A stretch of DNA of 64,000 nucleotides, from assembly GCA_963695375.1 (NCBI GenBank), contig OY968767.1:2131283-2195282 (forward strand). The letters are read 5' to 3'. Position 1 is the stretch's first letter, and each line of letters starts with the position of its first letter. This DNA is from an uncultured Actinomycetota bacterium (GTDB taxonomy: Bacteria > Actinomycetota > Actinomycetes > Propionibacteriales > Nocardioidaceae). The notes under the pieces are model-generated. The model was not told the DNA's origin and made no database searches. It saw only the letters and a program-made list of their open reading frames with translations. Below, piece after piece: positions 41,976 to 56,154 of this stretch. A program made the translations under genes and the position numbers.

Positions 41976-42419
41976 GTGCGACCGGCGAGAAGACTCACGA
42001 CTGCAGCCGCGTGCGCGGGGCGACGGACCTTTCTGAAGGGCGCGGCGGTCGGGGTCGCCGGTGCTGCCGGCCTGGCGGCCGGGGGCGCCGTTGAGGCGGC
42101 GGAGGCGACCGACCCGCGGGGTCGGAGCTGGGTGCCGGTGGGACGACGGGGCCGGTTCCCGATCGGCGGTGGGCTGGTGCTGCCCCGCAAGGCGGTGGTG
42201 GTGACGCGTCCCACCCGCGGCGAGGTCAAGGCGTTCGGCATCTTCTGCACGCACCAGGGCTGCCGCCTCGACAACGTCTCCGGCGGGACCATCAACTGCG
42301 TCTGCCACGGGTCCAAGTTCTCCATCACGACCGGCGAGGCGGTGATGGGTCCGGCGACCAGGCCGCTGCCGTCGAAGCGGACCAAGATCGAGCGCCGGCG
42401 CGTCTACGTCTGGATGTGA
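41976..42419 (+). CDS. Rieske [2Fe-2S] domain protein with Tat signal
   Basis: RRTFLKGAAVGVAGAAGLAAG and CTHQGC...CVCHGS. The start is uncertain (GTG 41976 or CTG 41970; GGAGGGA at 41951). Confidence 0.7.
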   Translation: MRPARRLTTAAACAGRRTFLKGAAVGVAGAAGLAAGGAVEAAEATDPRGRSWVPVGRRGRFPIGGGLVLPRKAVVVTRPTRGEVKAFGIFCTHQGCRLDNVSGGTINCVCHGSKFSITTGEAVMGPATRPLPSKRTKIERRRVYVWM

Positions 42420-42485
42420 GCCCCGCTCACCCACCGGGGTCGGACCGGGATCGGACCGGGGGCGGGCCCGCCTAGGCTGAGCGTC

Positions 42486-44486
42486 GTGGCCGACCCCGCG
42501 ACATACCGTCCCGCATCGGGCGCGGTCCCGGACAAGCCGGGGGTCTACCGGTTCCTCGACCCGTCCGGCCGGGTCGTCTACGTCGGCAAGGCGAAGTCGC
42601 TGCGGTCCCGGCTCGGCTCCTACTTCCAGGATCTGGCCAACCTGCACCCGCGCACCCAGTCGATGGTCTCCGCGGCTGCCCGGGTGGACTGGACGGTCGT
42701 CGGCACCGAGGTGGAGGCACTCCAGCTGGAGTACAGCTGGATCAAGGAGTTCGACCCGCGCTTCAACGTGAAGTACCGCGACGACAAGTCCTACCCGTGG
42801 CTGGCGGTGACGCTGCACGAGGAGTTCCCCCGGGTGACGGTCGGCCGAGGGCCCAAGCGCAAGGGGGTGCGCTATTTCGGGCCCTACAGTCACGCCTGGG
42901 CGATCCGGGAGACCGTCGACCTGCTGTTGCGGGTGTTCCCGATGCGGTCCTGCTCGGCCGGCGTCTTCAAGCGCTCCGGCCAGATCGGCCGGCCCTGCCT
43001 GCTCGGCTACATCGGCAAGTGCTCCGCGCCGTGCGTGGGCCGGGTCTCCCCCGAGGAGCACCGGGCGATCGTGGACGACTTCGTCGGCTTCCTGTCCGGC
43101 CGGACCGACGAGTACGTCCGCCGGCTGGAGAAGCAGATGCGGGCCGCGGCCGGCGAGCTCGACTTCGAGCGGGCGGCCCGGCTGCGCGACGACGTGGGCG
43201 CGCTGCGCCGGGCGATGGAGAAGAACGCGGTGGTCCTCGGCGACGGCACCGACGCCGACGTGGTCGCCTTGGAGGAGGACCCGCTGGAGGTCGCGGTGCA
43301 GATCTTCAGCGTGCGCGACGGTCGGGTCCGTGGACAGCGGGGCTGGGTCGCCGACAAGGTCGACGACGCCGGGACCGGTGACCTCGTCGAGCGGGCCCTC
43401 GTGCAGCTCTACGACGGCGAGAGCGGTGACGCGATCCCGCGGGAGGTGCTGGTGCCGGAGCTGCCCGACGACGCCGAGGCACTGGAGCAGTGGCTGACCG
43501 AGCGTCGCGGCGGACGGGTCGGCGTCCGGGTGCCGCAGCGGGGGGACAAGCGGGCCCTGCTGGCCACCGTCGCGCGGAACGCGGCGGAGAGCCTCACCGT
43601 GCACAAGACCAAGCGGGCGAGCGACCTGACCACCCGGAACCGCGCGCTGGAGGAGGTGCAGAAGGCCCTCGGCCTGGACGAGGCGCCGCTGCGGATCGAG
43701 TGCTACGACGTCTCGAACCTCCAGGGCACCCAGGTGGTCGCCTCGATGGTGGTCTTCGAAGACGGGCTGCCGCGCAAGAGCGAGTACCGCCGCTTCGTGA
43801 TCCGCGGGGTCGAGGGGCAGAACGACGTGGCGAGCATGGGGGAGACGGTCACCCGCCGGTTCCGCCGGATGCTCGACGACCAGCTGGACCGCGGACCGGC
43901 CACGCCAGGGACCGACGCCGACGACGGTCCGCTGCTGGTGGACCCGGACACCGGCCGGCCGCGCAAGTTCGCCTATGCGCCCGGACTGGTGGTCGTCGAC
44001 GGGGGGCCGCCACAGGTCGCCGCCGCGGCCCGGGCGCTGGCCGACCTCGGCATCGACGACATCCCGGTCTGCGGCCTGGCCAAGCGGTTGGAGGAGGTGT
44101 GGGTGCCCGGCGTCGAGGACCCGCTGGTGCTGCCGCGCAGCAGCGAGGGGCTCTACCTGCTGCAGCGGATCCGAGACGAGGCGCACCGGTTCGCGATCAC
44201 CCACCACCGGTCCCGGCGGTCCCGGTCGATGGTGGAGAGCGCGCTGGACGACGTTCCGGGGCTCGGCGAGGTGCGCCGCAAGGCGCTGCTGAGCCGGTTC
44301 GGCTCGCTGAAGCGGCTCCGTGCGGCCACCGTGGACCAGATCGCCGAGGTGCCGGGGATCGGCCGGCAGACCGCGGAGGCGGTCGCCGCGGCGCTACACA
44401 CCGAGCAGTCGCCGGAGCCCGCGCCCGCGGTCAACACGGCGACCGGTGAGATCCTCGACGACCGACCAGCAGGGGAGAGGCCGTGA
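42486..44486 (+). CDS. uvrC: Excinuclease ABC subunit C
   Basis: 666 aa with the GIY-YIG N-terminus ([29 protein letters not shown]), a UVR domain, the endonuclease V-like domain and a C-terminal (HhH)2. Confidence 0.95.
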   Translation: MADPATYRPASGAVPDKPGVYRFLDPSGRVVYVGKAKSLRSRLGSYFQDLANLHPRTQSMVSAAARVDWTVVGTEVEALQLEYSWIKEFDPRFNVKYRDDKSYPWLAVTLHEEFPRVTVGRGPKRKGVRYFGPYSHAWAIRETVDLLLRVFPMRSCSAGVFKRSGQIGRPCLLGYIGKCSAPCVGRVSPEEHRAIVDDFVGFLSGRTDEYVRRLEKQMRAAAGELDFERAARLRDDVGALRRAMEKNAVVLGDGTDADVVALEEDPLEVAVQIFSVRDGRVRGQRGWVADKVDDAGTGDLVERALVQLYDGESGDAIPREVLVPELPDDAEALEQWLTERRGGRVGVRVPQRGDKRALLATVARNAAESLTVHKTKRASDLTTRNRALEEVQKALGLDEAPLRIECYDVSNLQGTQVVASMVVFEDGLPRKSEYRRFVIRGVEGQNDVASMGETVTRRFRRMLDDQLDRGPATPGTDADDGPLLVDPDTGRPRKFAYAPGLVVVDGGPPQVAAAARALADLGIDDIPVCGLAKRLEEVWVPGVEDPLVLPRSSEGLYLLQRIRDEAHRFAITHHRSRRSRSMVESALDDVPGLGEVRRKALLSRFGSLKRLRAATVDQIAEVPGIGRQTAEAVAAALHTEQSPEPAPAVNTATGEILDDRPAGERP

Positions 44487-45373
44487 CCGACGCGACGACC
44501 GAGCAGCCGGGTGCGCCGAGCACGCTGCTGCTGATCACCGGCATGACCGGGGCCGGGCGCAGCACCGCGGCCGGCGTTCTGGAGGACCTCGGCTGGTTCG
44601 TGGTGGACAATCTCCCCCCGCAGCTGATCGGCGAGGTGCAAGCGCTGGTCGGCCGGGTCGGCCGGGACGAGCCGCGCATCGCGGTGGTGGTGGACGCCCG
44701 GTCGCGGTGGTTCTTCGCCGCGCTGCGCGGGGTGCTCGTCGACCTCGCCCGGCGCGGCCGCCCACCGTCCGTGCTGTTCCTGGAGGCCAGCGACGACGTC
44801 CTGGTCCGCCGGCAGGAGGCCGCCCGCCGTCCACACCCGCTCCAGGGCGACGGCCGGCTGCTCGACGGCGTGCACGCGGAGCGGGAGATGATGCTGGAGC
44901 TGCGTGGCCGGGCCGACCTGATCATCGACACCTCGGACCTGAACGTGCACCAGCTGAGCACGAAGGTGTCGTCCGCGTTCGGCGGCGACGAGCCGGAGGG
45001 CCTGCGGGCGACGGTGGTGTCGTTCGGGTTCAAGTACGGCATCCCGGTGGATGCCGACATGGTGGCCGACATGCGGTTCCTCCCGAACCCGCACTGGGAC
45101 CCGGCCCTGCGGCCGATGACCGGCCTCGACGAGCCGGTCCGGGAGTCGGTGCTGAGCCAGCCCGAGGCGACCCGCTTCCTGCTCGACTACGAGCAGCTGC
45201 TGCGGTCGCTCACCGGGGGCTTCGTCCGCGAGGGCAAGCGGTTCCTCACCCTGGCCATCGGCTGCACCGGCGGCCGGCACCGCAGTGTCGCGATGGCCGA
45301 GGCGCTGGCCGAGAGGCTGCGCGGCCTGGAGGTGTCCGTCCTCGTCGTCCACCGCGACCTGGGGCGGGAGTGA
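44483..45373 (+). CDS. rapZ: RNase adapter protein RapZ (YvcJ-type P-loop NTPase)
   Basis: [32 protein letters not shown] and CTGGRHRSV. The GTG start overlaps the uvrC stop (GTGA). Confidence 0.9.
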   Translation: MTDATTEQPGAPSTLLLITGMTGAGRSTAAGVLEDLGWFVVDNLPPQLIGEVQALVGRVGRDEPRIAVVVDARSRWFFAALRGVLVDLARRGRPPSVLFLEASDDVLVRRQEAARRPHPLQGDGRLLDGVHAEREMMLELRGRADLIIDTSDLNVHQLSTKVSSAFGGDEPEGLRATVVSFGFKYGIPVDADMVADMRFLPNPHWDPALRPMTGLDEPVRESVLSQPEATRFLLDYEQLLRSLTGGFVREGKRFLTLAIGCTGGRHRSVAMAEALAERLRGLEVSVLVVHRDLGRE

Positions 45374-46353
45374 GCATCTCCCCGCCTCCCGCGGTCGTCG
45401 CTCTGGGCGGCGGGCACGGGCTGGCCGCCTCGCTGTCGGCGCTGCGGCACGTCACCAACCGGCTCACCGCCGTCGTCACGGTGGCCGACAACGGTGGATC
45501 CTCCGGCCGGCTGCGGCGCGAGCTCGGAGTGCTCCCTCCCGGTGACCTGCGGATGGCGCTGACGGCGCTGTGCGGGGACGACGACTGGGGCCGCACCTGG
45601 GCGAGCGCGCTGCAACACCGCTTCGACAGCCGGGGGGAGCTGCACGACCACGCCCTCGGGAACCTGCTGATCGTCGCGCTCTGGCAGCTCCTGGACGCGT
45701 CCGGCGGTGCGGACGCGCACGTGGCCGGCCTGGACTGGGTGGCCCGGCTGCTCGGCGCCCGCGGCCGGGTGCTGCCGATGGCCGCCGTGCCGTTGGACGT
45801 GGTGGCCCAGGTGCGCGGCGCCGACCCGGCCGCCCCGGACACCGAGGTGCAGGTCCGGGGACAGGTCGAGGTGGCCTCAACGTCGGGCCAGGTCGCGTCG
45901 ATCGGCCTGGACCCGGCCGAGCCGCCGGCCTGCCCGGAGGCGCTGGAGGCGATCCGCGCTGCCGACTGCGTGGTGATCGGCCCCGGGTCCTGGTTCACCA
46001 GCGTGCTGGTGCACCTGCTGGTGCCGGAGCTGTCCGCTGCGCTGCACGCGACCTCCGCGCACCGGGTGCTGACGCTCAACCTGGCGCCACAGCCGGGTGA
46101 GACCGGCGGTCTCGGCCCGGCCGCGCACCTGGCCGCGTTCGCCGCGCACGCCCCGGACCTGCACATCGACGTCGTGCTGGCCGACCGCACCGTGGCGGAC
46201 GGGGTGGACCGCGCCGACGGGCTGGCGGAGGCGGTCGAGCGACTCGGCGCCGAGCTGGTGCTGGGCGACCTCGCGGCCCGGGACGGATCGCCTCGTCACG
46301 ACGTGCTCCGGCTGGCGGCCGCGTACCGCGAGGTGTGCACCGGTCGTAACTGA
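45370..46353 (+). CDS. yvcK: YvcK/CuvA family gluconeogenesis factor (UDP-sugar binding)
   Basis: [18 protein letters not shown]...[17 protein letters not shown]. The GTG start overlaps the rapZ stop. Confidence 0.85.
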   Translation: MSISPPPAVVALGGGHGLAASLSALRHVTNRLTAVVTVADNGGSSGRLRRELGVLPPGDLRMALTALCGDDDWGRTWASALQHRFDSRGELHDHALGNLLIVALWQLLDASGGADAHVAGLDWVARLLGARGRVLPMAAVPLDVVAQVRGADPAAPDTEVQVRGQVEVASTSGQVASIGLDPAEPPACPEALEAIRAADCVVIGPGSWFTSVLVHLLVPELSAALHATSAHRVLTLNLAPQPGETGGLGPAAHLAAFAAHAPDLHIDVVLADRTVADGVDRADGLAEAVERLGAELVLGDLAARDGSPRHDVLRLAAAYREVCTGRN

Positions 46354-46385
46354 CGGTGCTTGCCCCTCATGGCAGGATCGGCGCC

Positions 46386-47372
46386 ATGGCGATGACGTCC
46401 CAGGTGAAGGCGGAGCTGGCGAGCACCTCGGTGACGAAGTCGTGTTGTCGCAAGGCGGAGGTCTCCTCCACGCTGCGGTTCGCCGGGGGGCTGCACATCG
46501 TGGCCGGGCGGATCGTGGTCGAGGCCGAGCTGGACACCGGCGCGGCGGCCCGCCGGCTCCGCCGGGACATCCAGGAGGTCTACGGGCATCCCAGCGAGGT
46601 GGTCGTCGTCTCCGGTGGCGGCCTGCGCCGCGGGACCCGCTACGTGCTCCGCGTGATCAAGGACGGCGAGGCGCTGGCCCGGCAGACCGGCCTGCTCGAC
46701 CAGCGCGGCCGACCGGTCCGCGGCCTGCCGCCCCAGGTGGTCTCCGGCGCGACCTGCGACGCCGTCTCGGCCTGGCGGGGCGCCTTCCTCGCGCACGGCT
46801 CGCTCACCGAGCCCGGCCGGTCCAGCGCGCTCGAGGTCACCTGCCCGGGGACCGAGGCGGCGCTGGCCCTGGTCGGCTCCGCCCGCCGGCTGGGCATCTC
46901 GGCGAAGGCGCGCGAGGTGCGCGGGGTGGACCGGGTGGTGATCCGGGACGGGGACGCGATCGGCGCGCTGCTGACCCGGCTGGGCGCGCACGAGAGCCTG
47001 CTGGCCTGGGAGGAGCGGCGGATGCGCCGCGAGGTCCGGGCCACCGCGAACCGGCTGGCGAACTTCGACGACGCCAACCTTCGCCGGTCCGCCCGCGCGG
47101 CGGTGGCGGCCGGTGCCCGGGTGCAACGCGCGCTCGAGCTGCTCGGCGAGGAGGTCCCGGACCACCTGCGACAGGCGGGCAGCCTGCGGCTCCAGCACAA
47201 GCAGGCCAGCCTCGAGGAGCTCGGCCAGCTGCACCAGCCGCCGCTCACCAAGGACGCCGTGGCCGGCCGGATCCGGCGGCTGCTGGCGATGGCGGACAAG
47301 CGCGCGGAGGAGATCGGGGTCCCCGGCACCGAGTCCAGTCTCACCCCGGAGATGCTGGACGCGGCACCCTGA
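46386..47372 (+). CDS. whiA: DNA-binding sporulation/cell-division regulator WhiA
   Basis: [13 protein letters not shown]...[22 protein letters not shown]-derived middle domain and a C-terminal HTH. Confidence 0.92.
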   Translation: MAMTSQVKAELASTSVTKSCCRKAEVSSTLRFAGGLHIVAGRIVVEAELDTGAAARRLRRDIQEVYGHPSEVVVVSGGGLRRGTRYVLRVIKDGEALARQTGLLDQRGRPVRGLPPQVVSGATCDAVSAWRGAFLAHGSLTEPGRSSALEVTCPGTEAALALVGSARRLGISAKAREVRGVDRVVIRDGDAIGALLTRLGAHESLLAWEERRMRREVRATANRLANFDDANLRRSARAAVAAGARVQRALELLGEEVPDHLRQAGSLRLQHKQASLEELGQLHQPPLTKDAVAGRIRRLLAMADKRAEEIGVPGTESSLTPEMLDAAP

Positions 47373-48434
<1,062 letters not shown>

Positions 48435-48444
48435 CCCGTCCCCG

Positions 48445-49635
48445 GTGAGGACGATCGACGACCTCGGAGACCTCCGGGGCCGGACCGTGCTGGTCCGCAG
48501 CGACCTCAACGTCCCGCTCAACGGGACCACCATCACCGACGACGGCCGGATCCGGGCCAGCGTGCCGACCCTGGACCGGCTCCGTGCCGCCGGCGCCCGG
48601 GTCGTCGTCCTCGCCCACCTCGGCCGCCCCGAGGGCGAGCCGGACGACCGATACTCGCTCGCACCGGTCGCCGGCAGGCTCGGTGAGCTGCTCGACGCCG
48701 ACGTCCCGCTGGCCCGCGACGTCGCGGGGGACAGTGCCCGCTCGACGGTCGCCGGCCTCGCCGACGGGGACGTCGCGCTGCTCGAGAACGTGCGCTTCGA
48801 GGCCGGCGAGACCAGCAAGGACGCGGATCAGCGGGCCGCGCTGGCCGAGCGCTGGGCGGCGCTGGGGGACGCGTTCGTCTCCGACGGGTTCGGCGTCGTG
48901 CACCGCCGCCAGGCCAGCGTGTGCGACGTCGCGGAGCGGCTGCCGGCCGCGGCGGGGGACCTCGTCCGGTCCGAGGTGGAGGTCCTCGGCAGGCTGGTGC
49001 GGGACCCGCAGCACCCCTACGTCGTGGTGCTCGGCGGGTCCAAGGTCTCGGACAAGCTCGGCGTCATCGACAGCCTGCTGGGCGTCTCCGACGAGCTGCT
49101 GATCGGCGGCGGCATGGTGTTCACCTTCCTGGCCGCGCAGGGGCATCAGGTGGGACGGAGCCTGCTGGAGCAGGACCAGCTCGACGTGGTGCGCGGCCAC
49201 CTGCAGCGGGCCGAGCGGGAGGGCGTCCGCATCGGGCTGCCCACCGACGTCGTCGTCGCCGACGAGGTGACCGCCGAGGCGAAGGCTCAGGTGGTCCCGG
49301 TGCACGAGATCCCGGCGGAGGCGATCGGGCTGGACATCGGGCCGGACTCCGCAGCCGCCTTCGCCGCGCGGATCGCCGGCGCGGCCACCACGTTCTGGAA
49401 CGGCCCGATGGGCGTGTTCGAGATCGACCAGTTCGCCGCCGGGACCCGCGCGGTCGCCGACGCGCTCGCCCACGCCGACGGGTTCACCGTCGTCGGCGGG
49501 GGCGACAGCGCCGCGGCCGTCCGCCGGCTCGGTTTCGACGACGCGGCGTTCGGCCACATCTCCACCGGGGGTGGCGCGAGCCTCGAACTGCTCGAAGGCA
49601 AGACGCTGCCCGGTCTCGTGGTCCTGGAGGGCTGA
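48445..49635 (+). CDS. pgk: Phosphoglycerate kinase
   Basis: [32 protein letters not shown]. 396 aa. Confidence 0.97.
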   Translation: MRTIDDLGDLRGRTVLVRSDLNVPLNGTTITDDGRIRASVPTLDRLRAAGARVVVLAHLGRPEGEPDDRYSLAPVAGRLGELLDADVPLARDVAGDSARSTVAGLADGDVALLENVRFEAGETSKDADQRAALAERWAALGDAFVSDGFGVVHRRQASVCDVAERLPAAAGDLVRSEVEVLGRLVRDPQHPYVVVLGGSKVSDKLGVIDSLLGVSDELLIGGGMVFTFLAAQGHQVGRSLLEQDQLDVVRGHLQRAEREGVRIGLPTDVVVADEVTAEAKAQVVPVHEIPAEAIGLDIGPDSAAAFAARIAGAATTFWNGPMGVFEIDQFAAGTRAVADALAHADGFTVVGGGDSAAAVRRLGFDDAAFGHISTGGGASLELLEGKTLPGLVVLEG

Positions 49636-49665
49636 ACCCTGAACGCACCGGAGTCCCGGCTGCCG

Positions 49666-50439
49666 TTGATGGCCGGCAACTGGAAGTCGCACCTGAACCA
49701 TCACGAGGCCGTGGTCCTGGTCCAGCGGCTGGCCTGGACGCTGCGCGACAAGTCGCACGACCCGGCCCGGTCGGAGGTCGTCGTGCTGCCGCCGTTCACC
49801 GATCTGCGCAGCGTGCAGACGCTGGTCGACGGGGACCGGCTCGCCCTCGGGTACGGCGCCCAGGACGTGTCCGCGCACGACGGCGGCGCGCACACCGGGG
49901 AGGTCACCGCCGCGATGCTCGCCGCGCTCGGCTGCGGCTATGTCGTGGTCGGCCACTCCGAGCGACGCGAACAGCACGCGGAGAGCGACGAGCTGGTCAA
50001 CGCGAAGGCCCGGCAGGCGCTGGGGCACGGGCTGACGCCGATCGTCTGCGTCGGCGAGGGGTTGGAGATCCGCCAGGCGGGGGAGCACGTCGCACATGTC
50101 CTCGCCCAGGTGGACGGCTCGCTCGCCGGGCTCGACCCCGGCCAGGTGGCCGCGGTCGTGCTGGCGTACGAGCCGGTGTGGGCGATCGGCACCGGTGAGG
50201 TGGCCACGCCGCAGGACGCCCAGGAGGTGTGTGCGGCGGTGCGCGCCCGGGTGGCGGGGACGTGGGGGGACGACACCGCCGCCGCGGTGCGTATCCTGTA
50301 CGGCGGCTCGGTCAAGGCGGCGAACGTCGCCGCCCTGATGACCGAGCCCGACGTGGACGGGGCGCTCGTCGGAGGGGCCAGCCTGCAGGCGGAGGAGTTC
50401 GCCGGCATCTGCCGCTTCTACGACCTTCCCGTGCTGTGA
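49666..50439 (+). CDS. tpiA: Triose-phosphate isomerase
   Basis: [31 protein letters not shown]. The start is either TTG at 49666 or ATG at 49669. Confidence 0.95.
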   Translation: MMAGNWKSHLNHHEAVVLVQRLAWTLRDKSHDPARSEVVVLPPFTDLRSVQTLVDGDRLALGYGAQDVSAHDGGAHTGEVTAAMLAALGCGYVVVGHSERREQHAESDELVNAKARQALGHGLTPIVCVGEGLEIRQAGEHVAHVLAQVDGSLAGLDPGQVAAVVLAYEPVWAIGTGEVATPQDAQEVCAAVRARVAGTWGDDTAAAVRILYGGSVKAANVAALMTEPDVDGALVGGASLQAEEFAGICRFYDLPVL

Positions 50440-50478
50440 CGCCCCCCGGACGACTGCGCGAGTGAGGCCTGTACCGCC

Positions 50479-50715
50479 GTGATCTTGACCTTCTCCATCC
50501 TGCTCATCATCTGCAGCCTGCTGCTGATCGTGCTGGTGCTGCTGCACAAGGGCCGTGGCGGTGGCATGTCGGACATGTTCGGGGGCGGGATGTCATCCAG
50601 CCTGGGCGGGTCGTCGGTCGCGGAGAAGAACCTGGACCGGATCACCGTCGGGATCGGCGTGGTCTGGATGCTGTGCGTGTTCGCGCTGGGAATCTTGCTC
50701 AAGGCCCAGGCATGA
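50479..50715 (+). CDS. secG: Preprotein translocase subunit SecG
   Basis: 78 aa with two TM helices flanking a Gly-rich loop (LLHKGRGGGMSDMFGGG). The position after tpiA is conserved. Confidence 0.85.
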   Translation: MILTFSILLIICSLLLIVLVLLHKGRGGGMSDMFGGGMSSSLGGSSVAEKNLDRITVGIGVVWMLCVFALGILLKAQA

Positions 50716-50756
50716 GCGCACCATGGACGATGTGCCGACGATGAGGAGTGCGTGAC

Positions 50757-51113
50757 GTGGCTGGAGGATCTGCGATCCGCGGGAGCCGGGTGGGTGCCGG
50801 ACCGATGGGAGAGGCGGAGCGCGGCGAGGCGGCACCCCGGCAGACGGTGTCGTACTACTGCGCGCACGGGCACCACACCCAGCCCAGCTTCGCGATGGAC
50901 GCCGTCGTGCCGGACGAGTGGGACTGCCCGCGGTGCGGGCTGCCCGCCAGCCGGGACTCGGAGAACCCGCCGCCGCCGCCGCGGATCGAGCCGTACAAGA
51001 CCCACCTGGCCTACGTCAAGGAGCGGCGGTCGGACGCCGAGGCGCGGGAGATCCTGGATGAGGCGCTGACCACGCTTCGGGACAAGCGCAAGCGCGGCGA
51101 GATCGTCTTCTGA
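50757..51113 (+). CDS. rbpA: RNA polymerase-binding protein RbpA
   Basis: IRGSRVGAG..., YYCAHGHHT...WDCPRCGLPA and the C-terminal sigma-interaction helix (YKTHLAYVKERRSDAEAREILDEAL). GTG at 50757, 8 nt after GAGGAG. Confidence 0.85.
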   Translation: MAGGSAIRGSRVGAGPMGEAERGEAAPRQTVSYYCAHGHHTQPSFAMDAVVPDEWDCPRCGLPASRDSENPPPPPRIEPYKTHLAYVKERRSDAEAREILDEALTTLRDKRKRGEIVF

Positions 51114-51122
51114 GCGGTCCGG

Positions 51123-51905
51123 TCACGGCGACGCGATCCGCCGCAGCCCGGTCGGCACGGCCGAGGCCGCGTCGCGGTCCAGCAGCCACAGTGTCCGGTC
51201 CCGCCCCCGCGGGCCGGCCGCGGGCACCTGGAGCCGACCGGCGTCGCTGAGCGCGTTCCGGACCGCCGCGGCCTTGTCCGGCCCGGCGACCAGGAACCAC
51301 ACCTCGCGGGCCCGGTCCAGCGCGGGGAAGGTCAGCGAGATCCTGGTCGGCGGGGGCTTGGGGGAGTGCCGCACCGCGACCACGCTCCGGGTGTCGTAGA
51401 CCGCCGGATGCTCGGGGAACAGCGACGCGACGTGGCCGTCCGGCCCCACTCCGAGCATCAACACGTCGAAGGTCGGGACGTCGCCGTGGTCCTCCGGCCG
51501 GGCCTGCGCGGCCAGCGCCTCGGCATAACCGGCAGCCACCGCGTCCGGGTCGTCGCCCGCCGGGCCGTCGGTCCCGGGGACCGGGTGCACGAGCGTGGGG
51601 TCCAGCGGCAGTGCGTCGAGCAGGTCGGCCCGGGCCTGGCCCTCGTTCCGATCCGGGTCGTCGCTCGGGACGAAGCGCTCGTCGCCCCACCACACGTGCA
51701 CGGCGCGCCAGTCGACCGCGGCCCGGGCGGGGGAGTCCCGCACCGCGCGGTGCACCGCACGGGCGATGCCGCCGCCGGTCAGCACCAGCTGCGCCGCTCG
51801 GCCGGAGCTCTGCACGTCCACCAGTCGGGTCACCAGCCGGGCCGCCACCGCCTGGGCCAGCACCTCGGCGGTGCGGTGCACGACCACCGTCGGGGTGCCG
51901 GTCAT
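51123..51905 (-). CDS. pgl: 6-phosphogluconolactonase
   Basis: VLTGGGIA..., WWGDERFV, LLGVGPDGHVASLFP. The ATG overlaps the opcA stop (ATGA). Confidence 0.9.
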   Translation of the reverse strand: MTGTPTVVVHRTAEVLAQAVAARLVTRLVDVQSSGRAAQLVLTGGGIARAVHRAVRDSPARAAVDWRAVHVWWGDERFVPSDDPDRNEGQARADLLDALPLDPTLVHPVPGTDGPAGDDPDAVAAGYAEALAAQARPEDHGDVPTFDVLMLGVGPDGHVASLFPEHPAVYDTRSVVAVRHSPKPPPTRISLTFPALDRAREVWFLVAGPDKAAAVRNALSDAGRLQVPAAGPRGRDRTLWLLDRDAASAVPTGLRRIASP

Positions 51906-52921
51906 GCGCGCGGCTTGGGCGTCGCGGCGCGCTTGCGGGTCCGCGTGGTCCGCGCCGTCTTCGCCGTCGTCGTCACCTGGCTCTGCGTGCGGCGCGGTGG
52001 CCGCCGGGTCGGATTCCGGCCGGACCGGGCCAGCAGCTGCACGGTGTCCTCGTAGACGTCGTCGTTGTCCAGCCGGCGCAGCTCCTCGGCGAGCAGCTCG
52101 GCCACCTCGCGGCGCTGCAGCGCCACCGGCCGGTCGGCCTCACCGGGGATGGTGAACATCGCCAGCCGGCCGTCCGATCGGTGCAGGGCGATGTCGCCGT
52201 GGCTGGAGTGCAGCGCCACCGAGGTGATGCCCGGCCCGCGGCCCGGACGAAGGTCGACGTCGACCTGGCAGCGGCTGCGCAGCCAGGCCGCCATCAGCTC
52301 CGCGCTCGGGTTGTTCCGGTTCGCCTCGACGGTGGCCGCACTGATCCGCACCGGGTGCTGGTCGAGCCCGGCCGCGAGCAGGGCCCGCCACGGGGTGAGC
52401 CGGGTCCAGGCCAGGTCGGTGTCACCGGGGGAGTGGTGTCTGGCCCGCTTGGCCAGCACGGTGGTCTTCGCCCGGGTGGCGGCCGCCGCGTCGGTGATCC
52501 GGCGCTTGGCGAGCGTGCCCAGCGGGTCGGCGGACACGTCGTCCGGGGCGTCGGTGGGCCACCAGGCCACCACCGGCGAGTCGGGCAGCAGCAGCGGCGT
52601 GACGACCGACACCGGGTGGTCCGCGAGCTCGCCGGACAGTCGCAGCAGCACCGTCTCACCGGAGCCGCTCTGCCCGATCGACACCTCGGCGTCGAGCCGG
52701 GCCCGGCCCCGCCGGGCTCCCCGAAGCACGCCGAGCACCCGGGACGGGTGCTCGGTCGACACCTCCCGGGCGGCCTGCATCGCATGCTCGTGGTTGGCCT
52801 CGTCGGTCACCACGACGAACGTCAGCACCATGCCCATGGCCGGGCTGCCGGCCCGTCGCCGGGCCTGCAGCAGGGCCGACGAGACCGCGCTCGCGGAGGT
52901 GTCGGTCAGGTCGATCCGCAT
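51902..52921 (-). CDS. opcA: Glucose-6-phosphate dehydrogenase assembly protein OpcA
   Basis: 339 aa with an OpcA pattern (MGMVLTFVVVTDE...HPSRVLGVL) and the conserved position between zwf and pgl. It has an extra basic C-terminal tail (RRPPRRTQSQV...TRKRAATPKPRA). Confidence 0.85.
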   Translation of the reverse strand: MRIDLTDTSASAVSSALLQARRRAGSPAMGMVLTFVVVTDEANHEHAMQAAREVSTEHPSRVLGVLRGARRGRARLDAEVSIGQSGSGETVLLRLSGELADHPVSVVTPLLLPDSPVVAWWPTDAPDDVSADPLGTLAKRRITDAAAATRAKTTVLAKRARHHSPGDTDLAWTRLTPWRALLAAGLDQHPVRISAATVEANRNNPSAELMAAWLRSRCQVDVDLRPGRGPGITSVALHSSHGDIALHRSDGRLAMFTIPGEADRPVALQRREVAELLAEELRRLDNDDVYEDTVQLLARSGRNPTRRPPRRTQSQVTTTAKTARTTRTRKRAATPKPRA

Positions 52922-52960
52922 TGCAGCCGCCTCACTGATCGTCGGGTGCCGGTCACGGGC

Positions 52961-54483
52961 TCACGGCCGGCGCCAGGTGCGGCCGTCGCGGGCGAGCATC
53001 TCCGCCGCCGACGCCGGCCCCCAGGAACCCGCCGGATAGGTCTCGGGCTTCCCGTTCTCCGCCCACGAGCGCACGATCGGGTCCAGGATCTGCCAGGACA
53101 GCTCGACCTCCTCGTGCTGGGGGAACAGCGGGGGGTCACCGAGCAGCACGTCGAGGATCAGCCGCTCGTAGGCCTCCGGGCTGGACTCGACGAACGCCCC
53201 GCCGTACGCGAAGTCCATGTTGACGTCCCGCAGCTCCATCGCGGTGCCCGGCACCTTGGCGCCGAAGCGGAGGGTCACGCCCTCGTCCGGCTGGATGCGC
53301 ATGACCAGGGCGTTCTGCCCGAGCTCCTCGGTCGAGGTCTGGGTGAACGGCAGGTGCGGCGCGCGCTTGAACACCACCGCCACCTCGGTGACCCGGCGGC
53401 CGAGCCGCTTGCCGGTCCGCAGGTAGAACGGCACCCCGGCCCAGCGCCGGTTCTCCACGTCCAGCCGGATCGCCGCGAACGTCTCGGTGGTGGAGCTGGC
53501 GGAGATGTCGTCCTCGTCGCAATAGCCGATCACCTTCTGACCGCCCTGCCAGCCGGCGCCGTACTGGCCGCGCGCGGTGTGCAGGTCCAGCCGCTCCGGC
53601 ACCCGGACCGACGCCAGCACCTTCTGCTTCTCCCGGCGCAGGTTGCGGGCTTCGAACGACGTGGGGTCCTCCATCGCGATCAGCGCCATCAGCTGGAGCA
53701 GGTGGTTCTGCATCACGTCGCGAGCCGCGCCAATGCCGTCGTAGTAGCCGGCGCGGCCGCCGATGCCGATGTCCTCGGCCATCGTGATCTGCACGTGGTC
53801 CACGTAGTTGGAGTTCCAGACCGGCTCGAACATCGCGTTCGCGAACCGGAACGCCAGGATGTTCTGGACCGTCTCCTTGCCGAGGTAGTGGTCGATCCGG
53901 AACACCGCCTGCGGCGGGAACACGTCGGACACGACGTCGTTGAGCTGCCGGGCCGACGTGAGGTCGTGGCCGAACGGCTTCTCGATCACGACCCGTCGCC
54001 AGGAGCCACCCTCGGCGCTGGCCAGCCCGTGCTCCTTGAGCTGTCCGACCACGTCGGGGAAGAAGCCGGGCGGGATGGAGAGGTAGAACGCGTGGTTGCC
54101 GGCCGTCCCCCGGACCTCGTCGAGCTCGGCGACCGTCTCGGCGAGCCGGCCGAACGCCTCGTCGTCGGAGAAGTCCCCGGAGACGAAGCGGAACCCCTCG
54201 GCCAGCTGCCGCCAGGTCTCCTCGCGGAACGGGGTGCGCGAGTGCGCCTTCACCGCGTCGTGCACCACCTGGGCGAAGTCCTGGTTCTCCCAGTCCCGCC
54301 GGGCGAAGCCCACCAGCGCGAACCCGGGCGGCAGCAGTCCCCGGTTGGCCAGGTCGTACACCGCCGGCATCAGCTTCTTGCGGGACAGGTCGCCGGTGAC
54401 CCCGAACAGCACCAGGCTGCACGGCCCGGCGATGCGTGGCAGTCGGCGGTCCTGCGGGTCCCGAAGCGGGTTCGGGGAGACGC

Positions 54484-54487
<4 letters not shown>
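52961..54487 (-). CDS. zwf: Glucose-6-phosphate dehydrogenase
   Basis: LVLFGVTGDLSRKKL and RIDHYLGKE. The GTG at 54487 overlaps the pgi stop (GTGA). Confidence 0.95.

Positions 54488-56150
<1,663 letters not shown>

Positions 56151-56154
<4 letters not shown>

Noticed and set aside
41966-42100. ATG at 41966 as the start of the second Rieske gene
   Set aside because: It is in a different frame (MAACATGEKTHDCSRV...) from the Tat signal and Rieske motifs. The in-frame GTG at 41976 or CTG at 41970 is used instead.
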